Shown: positions 17,396-25,326 of the stretch, one piece after another
How positions within the stretch are numbered: position 1 is the first letter of the stretch
How the letters are laid out: the number at the start of each line of letters is the position of its first letter
Source of the DNA: a virus
Taxonomy: Duplodnaviria > Caudoviricetes
DNA: 41,875 nt
IMG/VR virus record: IMGVR_UViG_3300026541_000012
Span: 1 to 41,875 of that record
Reading direction: 5' to 3' (one strand)
Notes under the pieces: model-generated
Seen by the model: the letters and a program-made list of their open reading frames with translations, nothing else
What the model was told of the DNA's origin: nothing
Databases searched by the model: none
Made by a program: the position numbers and the translations under genes

Positions 17396-17722
17396 ATGGA
17401 CATTGATAAACAGCTTGAAGATGCCCTGAATCGAAGGGCCGACTATGGAAGCCTCAGAGGCAAGCAGGCGACCGCAGACGACTATCTCAAGGGTGTATAT
17501 GCATTGCTTTATCCTGATGCTCCAGAGAATATTAAGACTGTTCCAGAGCGTGATGCATGGGTTAAGCGTCAAACTCGGTACACAGACGCTGTGCTTGAAA
17601 AGGAAAACCGTTACGGAGACTGGGAAGCTGCGCGTTTAAAGATGCAGATACTGTTTGCTGCTGTGGAGAAATATAGAACCGACGCTGCTACCGAGCGAAA
17701 TATGATGCGAGCAAGCCAATGA
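17396..17722 (+). CDS. conserved helical phage protein
   Basis: Recurrent family found near phage recombination and nuclease genes (ERDAWV...YRT..ATER). Confidence 0.6.
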   Translation: MDIDKQLEDALNRRADYGSLRGKQATADDYLKGVYALLYPDAPENIKTVPERDAWVKRQTRYTDAVLEKENRYGDWEAARLKMQILFAAVEKYRTDAATERNMMRASQ

Positions 17723-18009
17723 AAAAGCGTTATGGCAGAAAGACTGACGCCAACCAACCAGATATTGTGCGAGCGCTTAGAAAGTCGGGTCGTATTGTTT
17801 TCGAGATTGAAGAGCCCTTCGATTTACTGATAGATAACATCGGCGAATGGTTGGTTATGGAAATCAAGAACCCAGATACCCACGCCAGACAGAAAGGCGG
17901 CAGCAAAATGACCAAGAAACAGGATGAAATACTAGCGACTCTATCGGCTAAAGTTTTGGTGGCAGAAACGGTAGAGCAAGCGCTTAATCTGGTACTGAAG
18001 AGATATTAA
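17719..18009 (+). CDS. VRR-NUC / PD-(D/E)xK nuclease (resolvase-like)
   Basis: RKTDANQPDIVRALRKSG...PFDLL...MEIKNP. Confidence 0.8.
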   Translation: MKKRYGRKTDANQPDIVRALRKSGRIVFEIEEPFDLLIDNIGEWLVMEIKNPDTHARQKGGSKMTKKQDEILATLSAKVLVAETVEQALNLVLKRY

Positions 18010-18064
18010 TGAGAATACGCAAATTCAATCCGATTAAGGGTGGCAGTGTGGAGGTTTTGATATC

Positions 18065-18301
18065 GTGAGTGACTTATTTGAGCAACTAGCCGCTATTGAA
18101 CATGAGCGGTGGGCAAGCTGGCAAAAATACCTCCACAGTCTTTGCATAAAAGATAGCTTGGGAAATCTAACAATGTCAGCTAATCGAGTTCAGCATTGGG
18201 AGCGCCAAATAGAAACGTCTTACACCGATCTTTCGGAGCGAGAAAAGGAAATGGACAGGGATCAGGTACGAAAATACTGGCATTTAATCAATGAGTCTTA
18301 A
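18065..18301 (+). CDS. hypothetical protein
   Basis: EQLAAIEHERWASW...YTDLSEREKEMDR motif. Confidence 0.65.
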   Translation: MSDLFEQLAAIEHERWASWQKYLHSLCIKDSLGNLTMSANRVQHWERQIETSYTDLSEREKEMDRDQVRKYWHLINES

Positions 18302-18599
18302 ATCAAAAATCATGGTCGATGCCCGCTCAGGTCATGCCTGTATACGCTGTAAAATCCAAGATGGAACTGTTTGTGGCAGACACTACAATGGAATAAGACA
18401 GCATCTCTACGGGAAGGGGCGCGGTATCAAGGGGCATCCATTTATGGTTGCTGATCTTTGTAATTTGTGTGATGCATATTTTCAAGAGGGCTCTGTACCT
18501 AAAATGAACGTCGAAGCTGTAACTGATTATTCAGAGGAATTTCAACACTACTGCATATTGTCTTTGATAAGGCGTGAACAGAATGGAGTTTTAGGATGA
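18291..18599 (+). CDS. YbcO/DUF1364-like putative nuclease
   Basis: AR...CIRC...H...GKGRGIK...LCNLCD pattern. Confidence 0.65.
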   Translation: MSLKSKIMVDARSGHACIRCKIQDGTVCGRHYNGIRQHLYGKGRGIKGHPFMVADLCNLCDAYFQEGSVPKMNVEAVTDYSEEFQHYCILSLIRREQNGVLG

Positions 18600-18760
18600 G
18601 CGATCTACCACAAGTTAACGAGTCCGTGAGAGTTTGGTATGGATCTGGATTTATTCGCAGCGGCCACGTTGTAAGCGTTGATGCACAAGACAGAGAAGTG
18701 CTTGTTGAGTTCAACTATGAAATTCCTGATGCTTGGGTAAGAGAAGATCAGTTGTGCTAA
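18596..18760 (+). CDS. small beta-barrel-like hypothetical protein (54 aa)
   Basis: Read manually: MSDLPQVNESVRVWYGSGFIRSGHVVSVD...; ATGA coupling. Confidence 0.5.
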   Translation: MSDLPQVNESVRVWYGSGFIRSGHVVSVDAQDREVLVEFNYEIPDAWVREDQLC

Positions 18761-19139
18761 GCTAAAAATGCCCCTCCTGTTGGTGATTCCAAACAACCCA
18801 AAGAGAAGGGTCCAGTAACACAAGGAAGACTAAGCGCTTAGTTGGTGAAGCTGGACCCGCTTTCCTGAAAACCCTGTATACTGTGCCCATGCCCACTATC
18901 CAAGTACAGTATGGACAACATAGAACATCCGCAGCTAGTTTGTGGCGAGGCTTTTGCCATCGTCAATGGTTTTCTGTTGGAACTGGAGCGGGTTTGTGAA
19001 AAGAGTCTTTCAGATAGCTATAGCGACAGTATTGCTTGGGAGCCTGACGATTGAGGCAGACCCGTTCAAAACGTGGAACTGGACGACGAACCTGACCCTC
19101 CAGTAAAGGGTTCAGGATGCTCAATCTAAAGGAAACCTA

Positions 19140-19616
19140 ATGGCACTACCAACCACTGTTAATCAGGCACTCAATGACGCGTTGCGGGCAACGTCTGAAG
19201 ACAAGGCGGTGACGCTAACAAGCGTTCTGCTGCTCATCAAGCAGCGGTGCAACAATATTGTTGGTGAGGTGCCGATGAAAGGACGCCGACTTTCTCAAAT
19301 TCATAACTCCCTGTTTGAGCATAAGGCATTTATCCAATCACATAATCTGGTGACGTTAGGCTCAAGGACCGTTCTTGCCAATACTGATCCACAGTATGCA
19401 GATGCTGCGGCGGTAGCGGTTGATATTCAAGCGGCTAATAGTGCCTTTATTCAGCTGACTGTAGAAATTGAAACAGTGCTTGCCATTTTTCGTGCTGCTA
19501 ACACTATTGTTGACAATGACCCCACAACGGGACAGGTGATTGAGCCTGATATTCCAGAGGCTGATATGACCGCGCTACGTGCGTTCGCGGCATCGGTGGA
19601 AGCCACGCTAGGCTAA
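19140..19616 (+). CDS. hypothetical protein (likely virion)
   Basis: AAGGA RBS; first gene of a late-like block. Confidence 0.6.
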   Translation: MALPTTVNQALNDALRATSEDKAVTLTSVLLLIKQRCNNIVGEVPMKGRRLSQIHNSLFEHKAFIQSHNLVTLGSRTVLANTDPQYADAAAVAVDIQAANSAFIQLTVEIETVLAIFRAANTIVDNDPTTGQVIEPDIPEADMTALRAFAASVEATLG

Positions 19617-20179
19617 TGGCCTTTGTCTACAACTACAACGGCGAAACCGAATATAACGACGGTTTTACCACTAATGGTTTCCAACCGCAAAACTTTGCTT
19701 ACGGTGGCCGGATAACCTTCACTGCCGGTGGCACTATAAACCAACTCGGCCTGTGGGGCAGAACGAGTTCTGGCACACCGACAATGAAGATTGCCATTTA
19801 CGACACCAGTGGAAATCTGGTTGCGGATGGTGGCAGCACTACGATAAGCGGAGGAACAGCACAATGGTATGAGCCCTCCACATTTACCGCCACTAGTGTG
19901 TCTGCAACTGATTACTTTATTCTATATTCGTCTTCGGGAGAGTTTGCGGAGTGGGGTTGGGATGACGCTAACGACGGATCTTTCGCCACTGAAGGCCATG
20001 CGACCTTTCCAGCCGCCACGGAAACGATTACGGCAGAAGGCGACTCTGGGAAGGGTTACGGTGGCCGGGCGAACTTTACGGCAAGTGCTGGTGGTCGAAT
20101 CATGGCCAGCTTAGTTTATACTGGTGGCTTGGCAGGCGCTGGCGGTCTTGCTGGCAGAGGTGGCGGCCTCGCGGCTTGA
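19616..20179 (+). CDS. beta-sandwich virion-like protein with Gly-rich C-terminus
   Basis: KIAIYDTSGNLVA-type beta strands; C-terminal GGLAGAGGLAGRGGGLAA. Confidence 0.55.
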   Translation: MAFVYNYNGETEYNDGFTTNGFQPQNFAYGGRITFTAGGTINQLGLWGRTSSGTPTMKIAIYDTSGNLVADGGSTTISGGTAQWYEPSTFTATSVSATDYFILYSSSGEFAEWGWDDANDGSFATEGHATFPAATETITAEGDSGKGYGGRANFTASAGGRIMASLVYTGGLAGAGGLAGRGGGLAA

Positions 20180-20213
20180 ATATGGACGCATTAATGAATA
20201 GGCGACTAAGGGC

Positions 20214-21806
20214 ATGATGGATTATACGGTCGGTGACACGATCAGGAAGTGTTTCACGACACGAGCATTTGCTACTGGTGTTCCGACAGTTTTGGCCGGT
20301 ACTCCGGTTTTGTCCGTTTATGAGGACGGTAGTACTACACAAATCACCGCTGGTGTATCGGTCACGGTAGACCTGGACAGCGTTGTTGGTCTAAATCAAC
20401 TGGTTATTGTAGCGACGGGTGGCAATGGATTTGATTCCGGTAGCGACTATAGCGTGGTCATTACTACTGGAACTGTAGGTGGTGTGTCAGTGGTCGGCGA
20501 GACGGTGTACACGTTTTCGCTTGGCCGATCTGCAGCGTTTACGCGCCTTGGAGCGCCAGCAGGTGCCAGTGTTTCTGTTGATATTGCTGATCTGCCTACG
20601 GTTTCAGAGTTCAATGCACGCACATTAGTTGCTGCGAGTTATTTTGATCCAGCCGCTGATGCTGTTGCCAATGTCACGCTGGTTGCGACCACTACCACGA
20701 ACACTGATATGCGTGGCACCGATTCTGCAGCTCTTGCCTCTGTTGTTGGCACACCGTCTGACTTTGGCTCAGGCACGTCAACGATAGCTGCGAATCTTGA
20801 GGATTTGGCAGATGATGGCACGGCTAGTTATGATCGTTCTACGGACTCACAGCAAGCTATCAGAGACAGGGGTGATGCTGCATGGACTACAGGTTCGGGA
20901 ACAGGACTGACAGCGCTTGCAAGCGGCACCGCACAAGGTGGTTCGTCATCAACGATTCAGCTGGCATCGGGTGAGACCTTTGCCAATAGTGAGCCCAATG
21001 GCAATGTCATCAAAATTACAGCCGGAACCGGAGCCGGACAATCACGTGTGATTCTGAGCTATGTCGGATCGACAGACACTGCAACGGTCTCGCCGAATTG
21101 GACCACTGCACCTGATGCGACCAGCGTTTATGAAATGGTTGATGGCTCAGCGAATATCACCGCTGTTAGCAATGTAGCCGAGGATATAGCAACAGCTACG
21201 TCAATTGCTGCGCTCAATGATGTTGCTGCAACAGACATTGTTTCGGCTGGTGCCATTACGACGCTTTCAGGCGCTATTGTGAATGTGGATCTAGTGGATA
21301 CAACGACCACGAATACGGACATGCGGGGTACGGATTCAGCACTTTTGGCAGCATCAATAAATCTTACAGCTGGTGCTGTGGACAATGTGACACTGGTCGC
21401 TACAACGACTACAAACACGGACATGAGAGGCACTGATGGCGTAGATACAGCCACCATGCGCGGTACAGACAGTGCAGCACTGGCCTCAGTAGCGACCGAA
21501 GCAAGACTTGCTGAGCTGGATGCAGGTAATTTACCGGCAACGACGGACAATATTCTGACAGACACTGGCACGACCTTGCCTGCCCAGATCACGGCAATAT
21601 TTACAACTCAAATGACCGAGGCATATGCCGCTGATGGTGTAGCGCCTACACCCGCACAAGCGTTGTTTATGATTCAGCAGATATTAGGCGATTTTTCAAT
21701 TGCTGGCACTGTGCTCACGGTCAGACAGCTTGATGGATCAACGACCGCGGCTACCTATACGCTGAACGACGCAACGACACCGACAGCACTTACCCGAGCA
21801 ACTTAA
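20214..21806 (+). CDS. Thr/Ala-rich repeat protein, probable fibre/decoration protein
   Basis: Repeats of NV.LV.TTTTNTDMRGTD; ITAGTGAGQSRVI module. Confidence 0.65.
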   Translation: MMDYTVGDTIRKCFTTRAFATGVPTVLAGTPVLSVYEDGSTTQITAGVSVTVDLDSVVGLNQLVIVATGGNGFDSGSDYSVVITTGTVGGVSVVGETVYTFSLGRSAAFTRLGAPAGASVSVDIADLPTVSEFNARTLVAASYFDPAADAVANVTLVATTTTNTDMRGTDSAALASVVGTPSDFGSGTSTIAANLEDLADDGTASYDRSTDSQQAIRDRGDAAWTTGSGTGLTALASGTAQGGSSSTIQLASGETFANSEPNGNVIKITAGTGAGQSRVILSYVGSTDTATVSPNWTTAPDATSVYEMVDGSANITAVSNVAEDIATATSIAALNDVAATDIVSAGAITTLSGAIVNVDLVDTTTTNTDMRGTDSALLAASINLTAGAVDNVTLVATTTTNTDMRGTDGVDTATMRGTDSAALASVATEARLAELDAGNLPATTDNILTDTGTTLPAQITAIFTTQMTEAYAADGVAPTPAQALFMIQQILGDFSIAGTVLTVRQLDGSTTAATYTLNDATTPTALTRAT

Positions 21807-22487
21807 ATGGCCATTCGTAACGTCGTCCAACGTGGCTACGGTGCTGGGGCAAGCATTGCCTTTGTTGTTACGCGTGGCTATTCCATTGGAGCGGGTGTTG
21901 CGAGCGCCACAGTGGGTGGAGCCACAGCACTGACTGAGCCATTGTTGGTTGCCGGTGGTCAGGTCAATACGATCACGCTGACAAATGATACCTGGCAAGT
22001 CTCCGGGACGGCGTTTAACCAGGTTCGTCAGATTATCCTCAACGGCATGACCTCGGCCCAGTCTGAGATCACGGGTTGGAACAAGGAGGTTAGAGACAAA
22101 GAATCTATCGTCTCTGTGGTGAGAACGTCCAATACGGTGGTTACGATCACCTGGACAGCGGCACCAAATTACGATATTACGGTTGATGAGACGATCACCG
22201 TCACAGTGCCGAAAGAGGCGCTAGTTACTAGTATCACGGATCTTGTCGCTACGCCGACAATTGGCGTGACCGCAACAGCGCCTGTATTATCGACTCATAC
22301 CATCCAGTTTCGCTCGGTTTCCAACACGGCACTGTTTGACTCAGTGTCTTTTGGTGCGAGGTTCGAGTCGGCGAGCAATGCCACGTCCATTATCAAGAAC
22401 ACGCCAGATCCGCTTGGATTTATTCTTACCGAGGATGGTGATAATATCGTGCAAGAGAATGGTACTCTGAATATAGCTGCGGAGTAA
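21807..22487 (+). CDS. virion-like beta protein
   Basis: Thr/Val-rich; C-terminal FILTEDGDNIVQENG motif typical of virion proteins. Confidence 0.6.
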   Translation: MAIRNVVQRGYGAGASIAFVVTRGYSIGAGVASATVGGATALTEPLLVAGGQVNTITLTNDTWQVSGTAFNQVRQIILNGMTSAQSEITGWNKEVRDKESIVSVVRTSNTVVTITWTAAPNYDITVDETITVTVPKEALVTSITDLVATPTIGVTATAPVLSTHTIQFRSVSNTALFDSVSFGARFESASNATSIIKNTPDPLGFILTEDGDNIVQENGTLNIAAE

Positions 22488-22489
22488 TT

Positions 22490-22819
22490 ATGAGTGCAAC
22501 ACATGACGAATTGGCCGCTATTACCGTTACGGTGACGCCGCTCGATATCGATAAAAATGCCTATACGCCAACAACAGCACGTTATCGGCTGGACGACTGT
22601 CTGTCCGGTAATGAGTTGATCGACTGGACAACTATTGCCGTGCCCTCAACTTCGATACAGATTGATATCGCCGGTAGTTTGAATGCAATTGTGGACAATA
22701 CCTTGAACGCACCGGAGAAAAAGGTGTTGACCTTCAATGCAGACGATGGGCTGTCTACACAGAGTTACACGCAGTATTTCTACAAGATCAAGAACTTAGG
22801 TTTCGCGCAGGTCGCATAG
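22490..22819 (+). CDS. virion-like Ig-fold hypothetical protein
   Basis: GGAG RBS; operon continuity. Confidence 0.55.
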   Translation: MSATHDELAAITVTVTPLDIDKNAYTPTTARYRLDDCLSGNELIDWTTIAVPSTSIQIDIAGSLNAIVDNTLNAPEKKVLTFNADDGLSTQSYTQYFYKIKNLGFAQVA

Positions 22820-22828
22820 GAGTAGATC

Positions 22829-22900
22829 ATGCCAGGACATACACCACCAGAACGAGCCAAGCGCCGGAAACAAAAGAAGAAAACCAAGCGGAAGAAATAG
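22829..22900 (+). CDS. very small basic peptide (23 aa)
   Basis: AGGAG RBS; MPGHTPPERAKRRKQKKKTKRKK. Confidence 0.5.
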   Translation: MPGHTPPERAKRRKQKKKTKRKK

Positions 22901-23047
22901 ATGCCACTGAAGAAAGGTAGCAGCAAGAAGACAGTTTCCAGTAATATCAGGGAGCTGAAGCGTGCTGGTAAGCCGCAGAAACAGGCTGTTGCGATTGCAT
23001 TGAGTGAAGCCAGAGGTGGCAAGAAGCGACGTAAACGCAAGAAATGA
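22901..23047 (+). CDS. small basic phage protein (MPLKKG...QAVAIALS family)
   Basis: MPLKKGSSKKTVSSNIRELKRAGKPQKQAVAIALSEARGGKKRRKRKK, read manually. Confidence 0.75.
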   Translation: MPLKKGSSKKTVSSNIRELKRAGKPQKQAVAIALSEARGGKKRRKRKK

Positions 23048-23051
23048 TTAT

Positions 23052-23198
23052 CGCGGGATGGCGGAATTGGTAGACGCGCCTTCCTAGTAGCAATAGCTCA
23101 ACGCGAGGGTATTGTGGCTAACGCATTGGAATGAGGATTAGAGTGCGGTATGCCAGAGGGTCCTTGAAATGTAGGTTCGAGTCCTGCTCCCGCGACCA
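23052..23198 (+). ncRNA. 147-nt tRNA-like RNA (Leu-type D/T arms, CCA end) with a structured insert in place of the anticodon loop
   Basis: CGCGGGA/TCCCGCG-A-CCA acceptor; TGGCGGAATTGGTAGACGC D-arm; GTAGG-TTCGAGT-CCTGC T-arm. Confidence 0.8.
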
Positions 23199-23212
23199 TT
23201 TTAGGCATGATG

Positions 23213-23241
23213 TTCCACGATTATATATACTGACTAAGTGG
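23213..23241 (+). repeat. direct repeat copy 1 (promoter-like)
   Basis: TTCCACGATTATATATACTGACTAAGTGG; 23/29 identical to copy 2. Confidence 0.65.
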
Positions 23242-23264
23242 AATAACAATGGAGTAAATATAAA

Positions 23265-23795
23265 ATGAAAAGGATTATATGGCTGGTACTCCTACTGCCG
23301 ATATTTGCATGGGCCGCAGAAACCCCACAAACAATTCAAAATGCTGCTGATATTCAGACACTTGAGAATACAGTAGGCAATATAGAGGTTGAACAGGCTA
23401 TTCAAGATACAAGGTTAGATTCCTTGGACGTGGAACAGCTTGTTCAGAACACAAGGTTGGATACGCTTGAGGCCGTTAACGGTGGTGGATCTGGGCCGAG
23501 CGAATTACCTGTGTCTTGTGTCACTGGAAGTTCACAGGGCGAAATACATATTGTTGGTGGCTGGCTTAGTCAGGTTCATGTGATTAATTCAGCAACTAAC
23601 AACAACCATGTGCATATCAGAGATATCGAGATATTCAAAATTGCCAGTTTTGCAGCAATTCAAGCGAAACCCAATAACAGCACCGTTTTCATACAAATTT
23701 CTGCAGCTTTTGCAAGTATTCAAGATGCAAGTGTTTGTATGCACGATCTTTTGCCATTATTGACCGAGAACGCGACAGTTATTAACACGCTATAG
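23265..23795 (+). CDS. secreted hypothetical protein (moron-like) with coiled coil
   Basis: Signal peptide ending AWA; tandem EQxxQxTRLDxL repeats. Confidence 0.65.
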   Translation: MKRIIWLVLLLPIFAWAAETPQTIQNAADIQTLENTVGNIEVEQAIQDTRLDSLDVEQLVQNTRLDTLEAVNGGGSGPSELPVSCVTGSSQGEIHIVGGWLSQVHVINSATNNNHVHIRDIEIFKIASFAAIQAKPNNSTVFIQISAAFASIQDASVCMHDLLPLLTENATVINTL

Positions 23796-23812
23796 TAATC
23801 AGGATAAACAGA

Positions 23813-23841
23813 TTCCACGAGTATCTAAACTGAGCAAGCGG
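23813..23841 (+). repeat. direct repeat copy 2 (promoter-like)
   Basis: TTCCACGAGTATCTAAACTGAGCAAGCGG, exactly 600 bp after copy 1. Confidence 0.65.
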
Positions 23842-23865
23842 TAAACAACAGAAGGACAGCGGACT

Positions 23866-24636
23866 ATGAGCATTGTTTGGTCTTGTGGTGGTGGTACACA
23901 GTCAGCTGCAATAGCGGCATTGATTATCCAGGGCAAATTGCCAAGACCTGATTTATCTGTGATTTCTGATACTGGTCGTGAAGCGTCAGAAACTTGGTCT
24001 TTCTTTCATAAATTTATGTATCCGCAGCTAAAAGATGCTGGTGTGATATTGCATCGCATTCCGCATAGTTTTAATGGTAACGGTTTGAATACGGTTGATC
24101 TGTTTTCAGGTAAGAAGAAGAAAACGATTGTTGTGCCAATGTATACGACCGAAGCGCAAGGCCAACATGAAGGGATGTTGCCGAAATACTGTTCAAATGA
24201 ATGGAAGTCTCGGCCAGTGCAGCGGTTCATTAGAAATCAAGGACTGACTTCCGGAGAGATTTGGATCGGGTTTTCTATTGATGAAATGGACCGGATGAGA
24301 GGCAGGGATCTTCGGCAAAAATGGAATCATACTTATCCGCTCGTTGATCTTAGATTAACTCGTGGCGATTGCATGTTGTTGGTTGAGGAAATGGGATGGG
24401 GGATACCACCACGATCAGCTTGCTGGATGTGTCCCTATAGGAACGATCAGGAATGGCTGATGATAAAGGGAACCGAAGATTTCGACAAAGCGGTGGCGCT
24501 AGAAAAGGAGCTGCAAGAATCTGACCCGGATGTCTATTTCCATAGTTCTTGTAAGCCTTTGGAGCAAGTTGATTTTAATGAAAATCAGGGCGATCTATTT
24601 TCCAAGCCATGTGCCAGCGGGATGTGTTTTACATGA
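23866..24636 (+). CDS. PAPS-reductase-family / PP-loop adenine nucleotide alpha-hydrolase
   Basis: SCGGGTQS PP-loop, SDTGRE, C.NEWK..P, WIGFSIDE, RSACWMCP and terminal CASGMC. Confidence 0.8.
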   Translation: MSIVWSCGGGTQSAAIAALIIQGKLPRPDLSVISDTGREASETWSFFHKFMYPQLKDAGVILHRIPHSFNGNGLNTVDLFSGKKKKTIVVPMYTTEAQGQHEGMLPKYCSNEWKSRPVQRFIRNQGLTSGEIWIGFSIDEMDRMRGRDLRQKWNHTYPLVDLRLTRGDCMLLVEEMGWGIPPRSACWMCPYRNDQEWLMIKGTEDFDKAVALEKELQESDPDVYFHSSCKPLEQVDFNENQGDLFSKPCASGMCFT

Positions 24637-24663
24637 TAGAATCTCATTCAGGAGGGACGAAAA

Positions 24664-24930
24664 ATGGCCAAGAAAACAGGCGGTAAAGCAAAAACTGAGA
24701 GCGGAAAGCTACGCAAAACTGGCGCAACGTTTACGAAGACAATAGAGCAGGGTCCAAATAAAGGTGACAGAGTTCGTTTTAAGGTGTCGCCTTCTGGTAA
24801 GCCATTTCCAATACGGGTGCTACGCGACAAAGGAAAAGATTCTACATTGCGCGGCGAAAAGCCTGGACTGTTTAAGAAGAAAAGCAAAAATAAAACAACC
24901 AAGAGAACGAGAGGCCCGGTTTTTGAGTAG
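24664..24930 (+). CDS. Lys-rich basic protein
   Basis: AGGAGG RBS; very basic. Confidence 0.6.
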   Translation: MAKKTGGKAKTESGKLRKTGATFTKTIEQGPNKGDRVRFKVSPSGKPFPIRVLRDKGKDSTLRGEKPGLFKKKSKNKTTKRTRGPVFE

Positions 24931-25008
24931 GTATTTGTAAATGTTCGGCAAGACCATAACGTCGTGTGGTACGGTGGAAATAGTACAACCGGAACAAATA
25001 CTTAGGCC

Positions 25009-25326
25009 TTGAATCAAGTGGAAAGTGGAGCACAACCCGGCAATGACAATGCGGCTAGAGGCCGTGAGTGGCGTGATGCCATACGCCGTGCAGTGGCAAG
25101 GAAAGGGCATGACGAACCGGGCGATGATGGTGCTTACCGTAGAGGGCTTGATGCAGTGGCCGACCGCTTTGTGGAAGCAGCAGCCAATGGTGATGCGTGG
25201 GCCATGAAAGAGCTTGGGGATCGTACTGACGGGAAGTCAGTGCAAGCTGTTGAGATTACTGGCAAGGATGGCGAATCACTAAAGGCTCAGCTGAATTATT
25301 TACCAATATGTCCGCCCGACAAATAG
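25009..25326 (+). CDS. terS: terminase small subunit
   Basis: GAQPGNDNA...A.NGDAWAMKELGDRTDGK...EITGKDG; immediately upstream of TerL. Start uncertain. Confidence 0.75.
   Translation: MNQVESGAQPGNDNAARGREWRDAIRRAVARKGHDEPGDDGAYRRGLDAVADRFVEAAANGDAWAMKELGDRTDGKSVQAVEITGKDGESLKAQLNYLPICPPDK

Noticed and set aside
20670-21480. CRISPR array or DGR template/variable repeats
   Set aside because: The repeats are in-frame peptide repeats with synonymous divergence and irregular spacing; no cas or reverse transcriptase gene is present.
23052-23198. tmRNA or group I intron-containing tRNA
   Set aside because: No G3-U70, no tag ORF, and the insert is far too short for a group I core.
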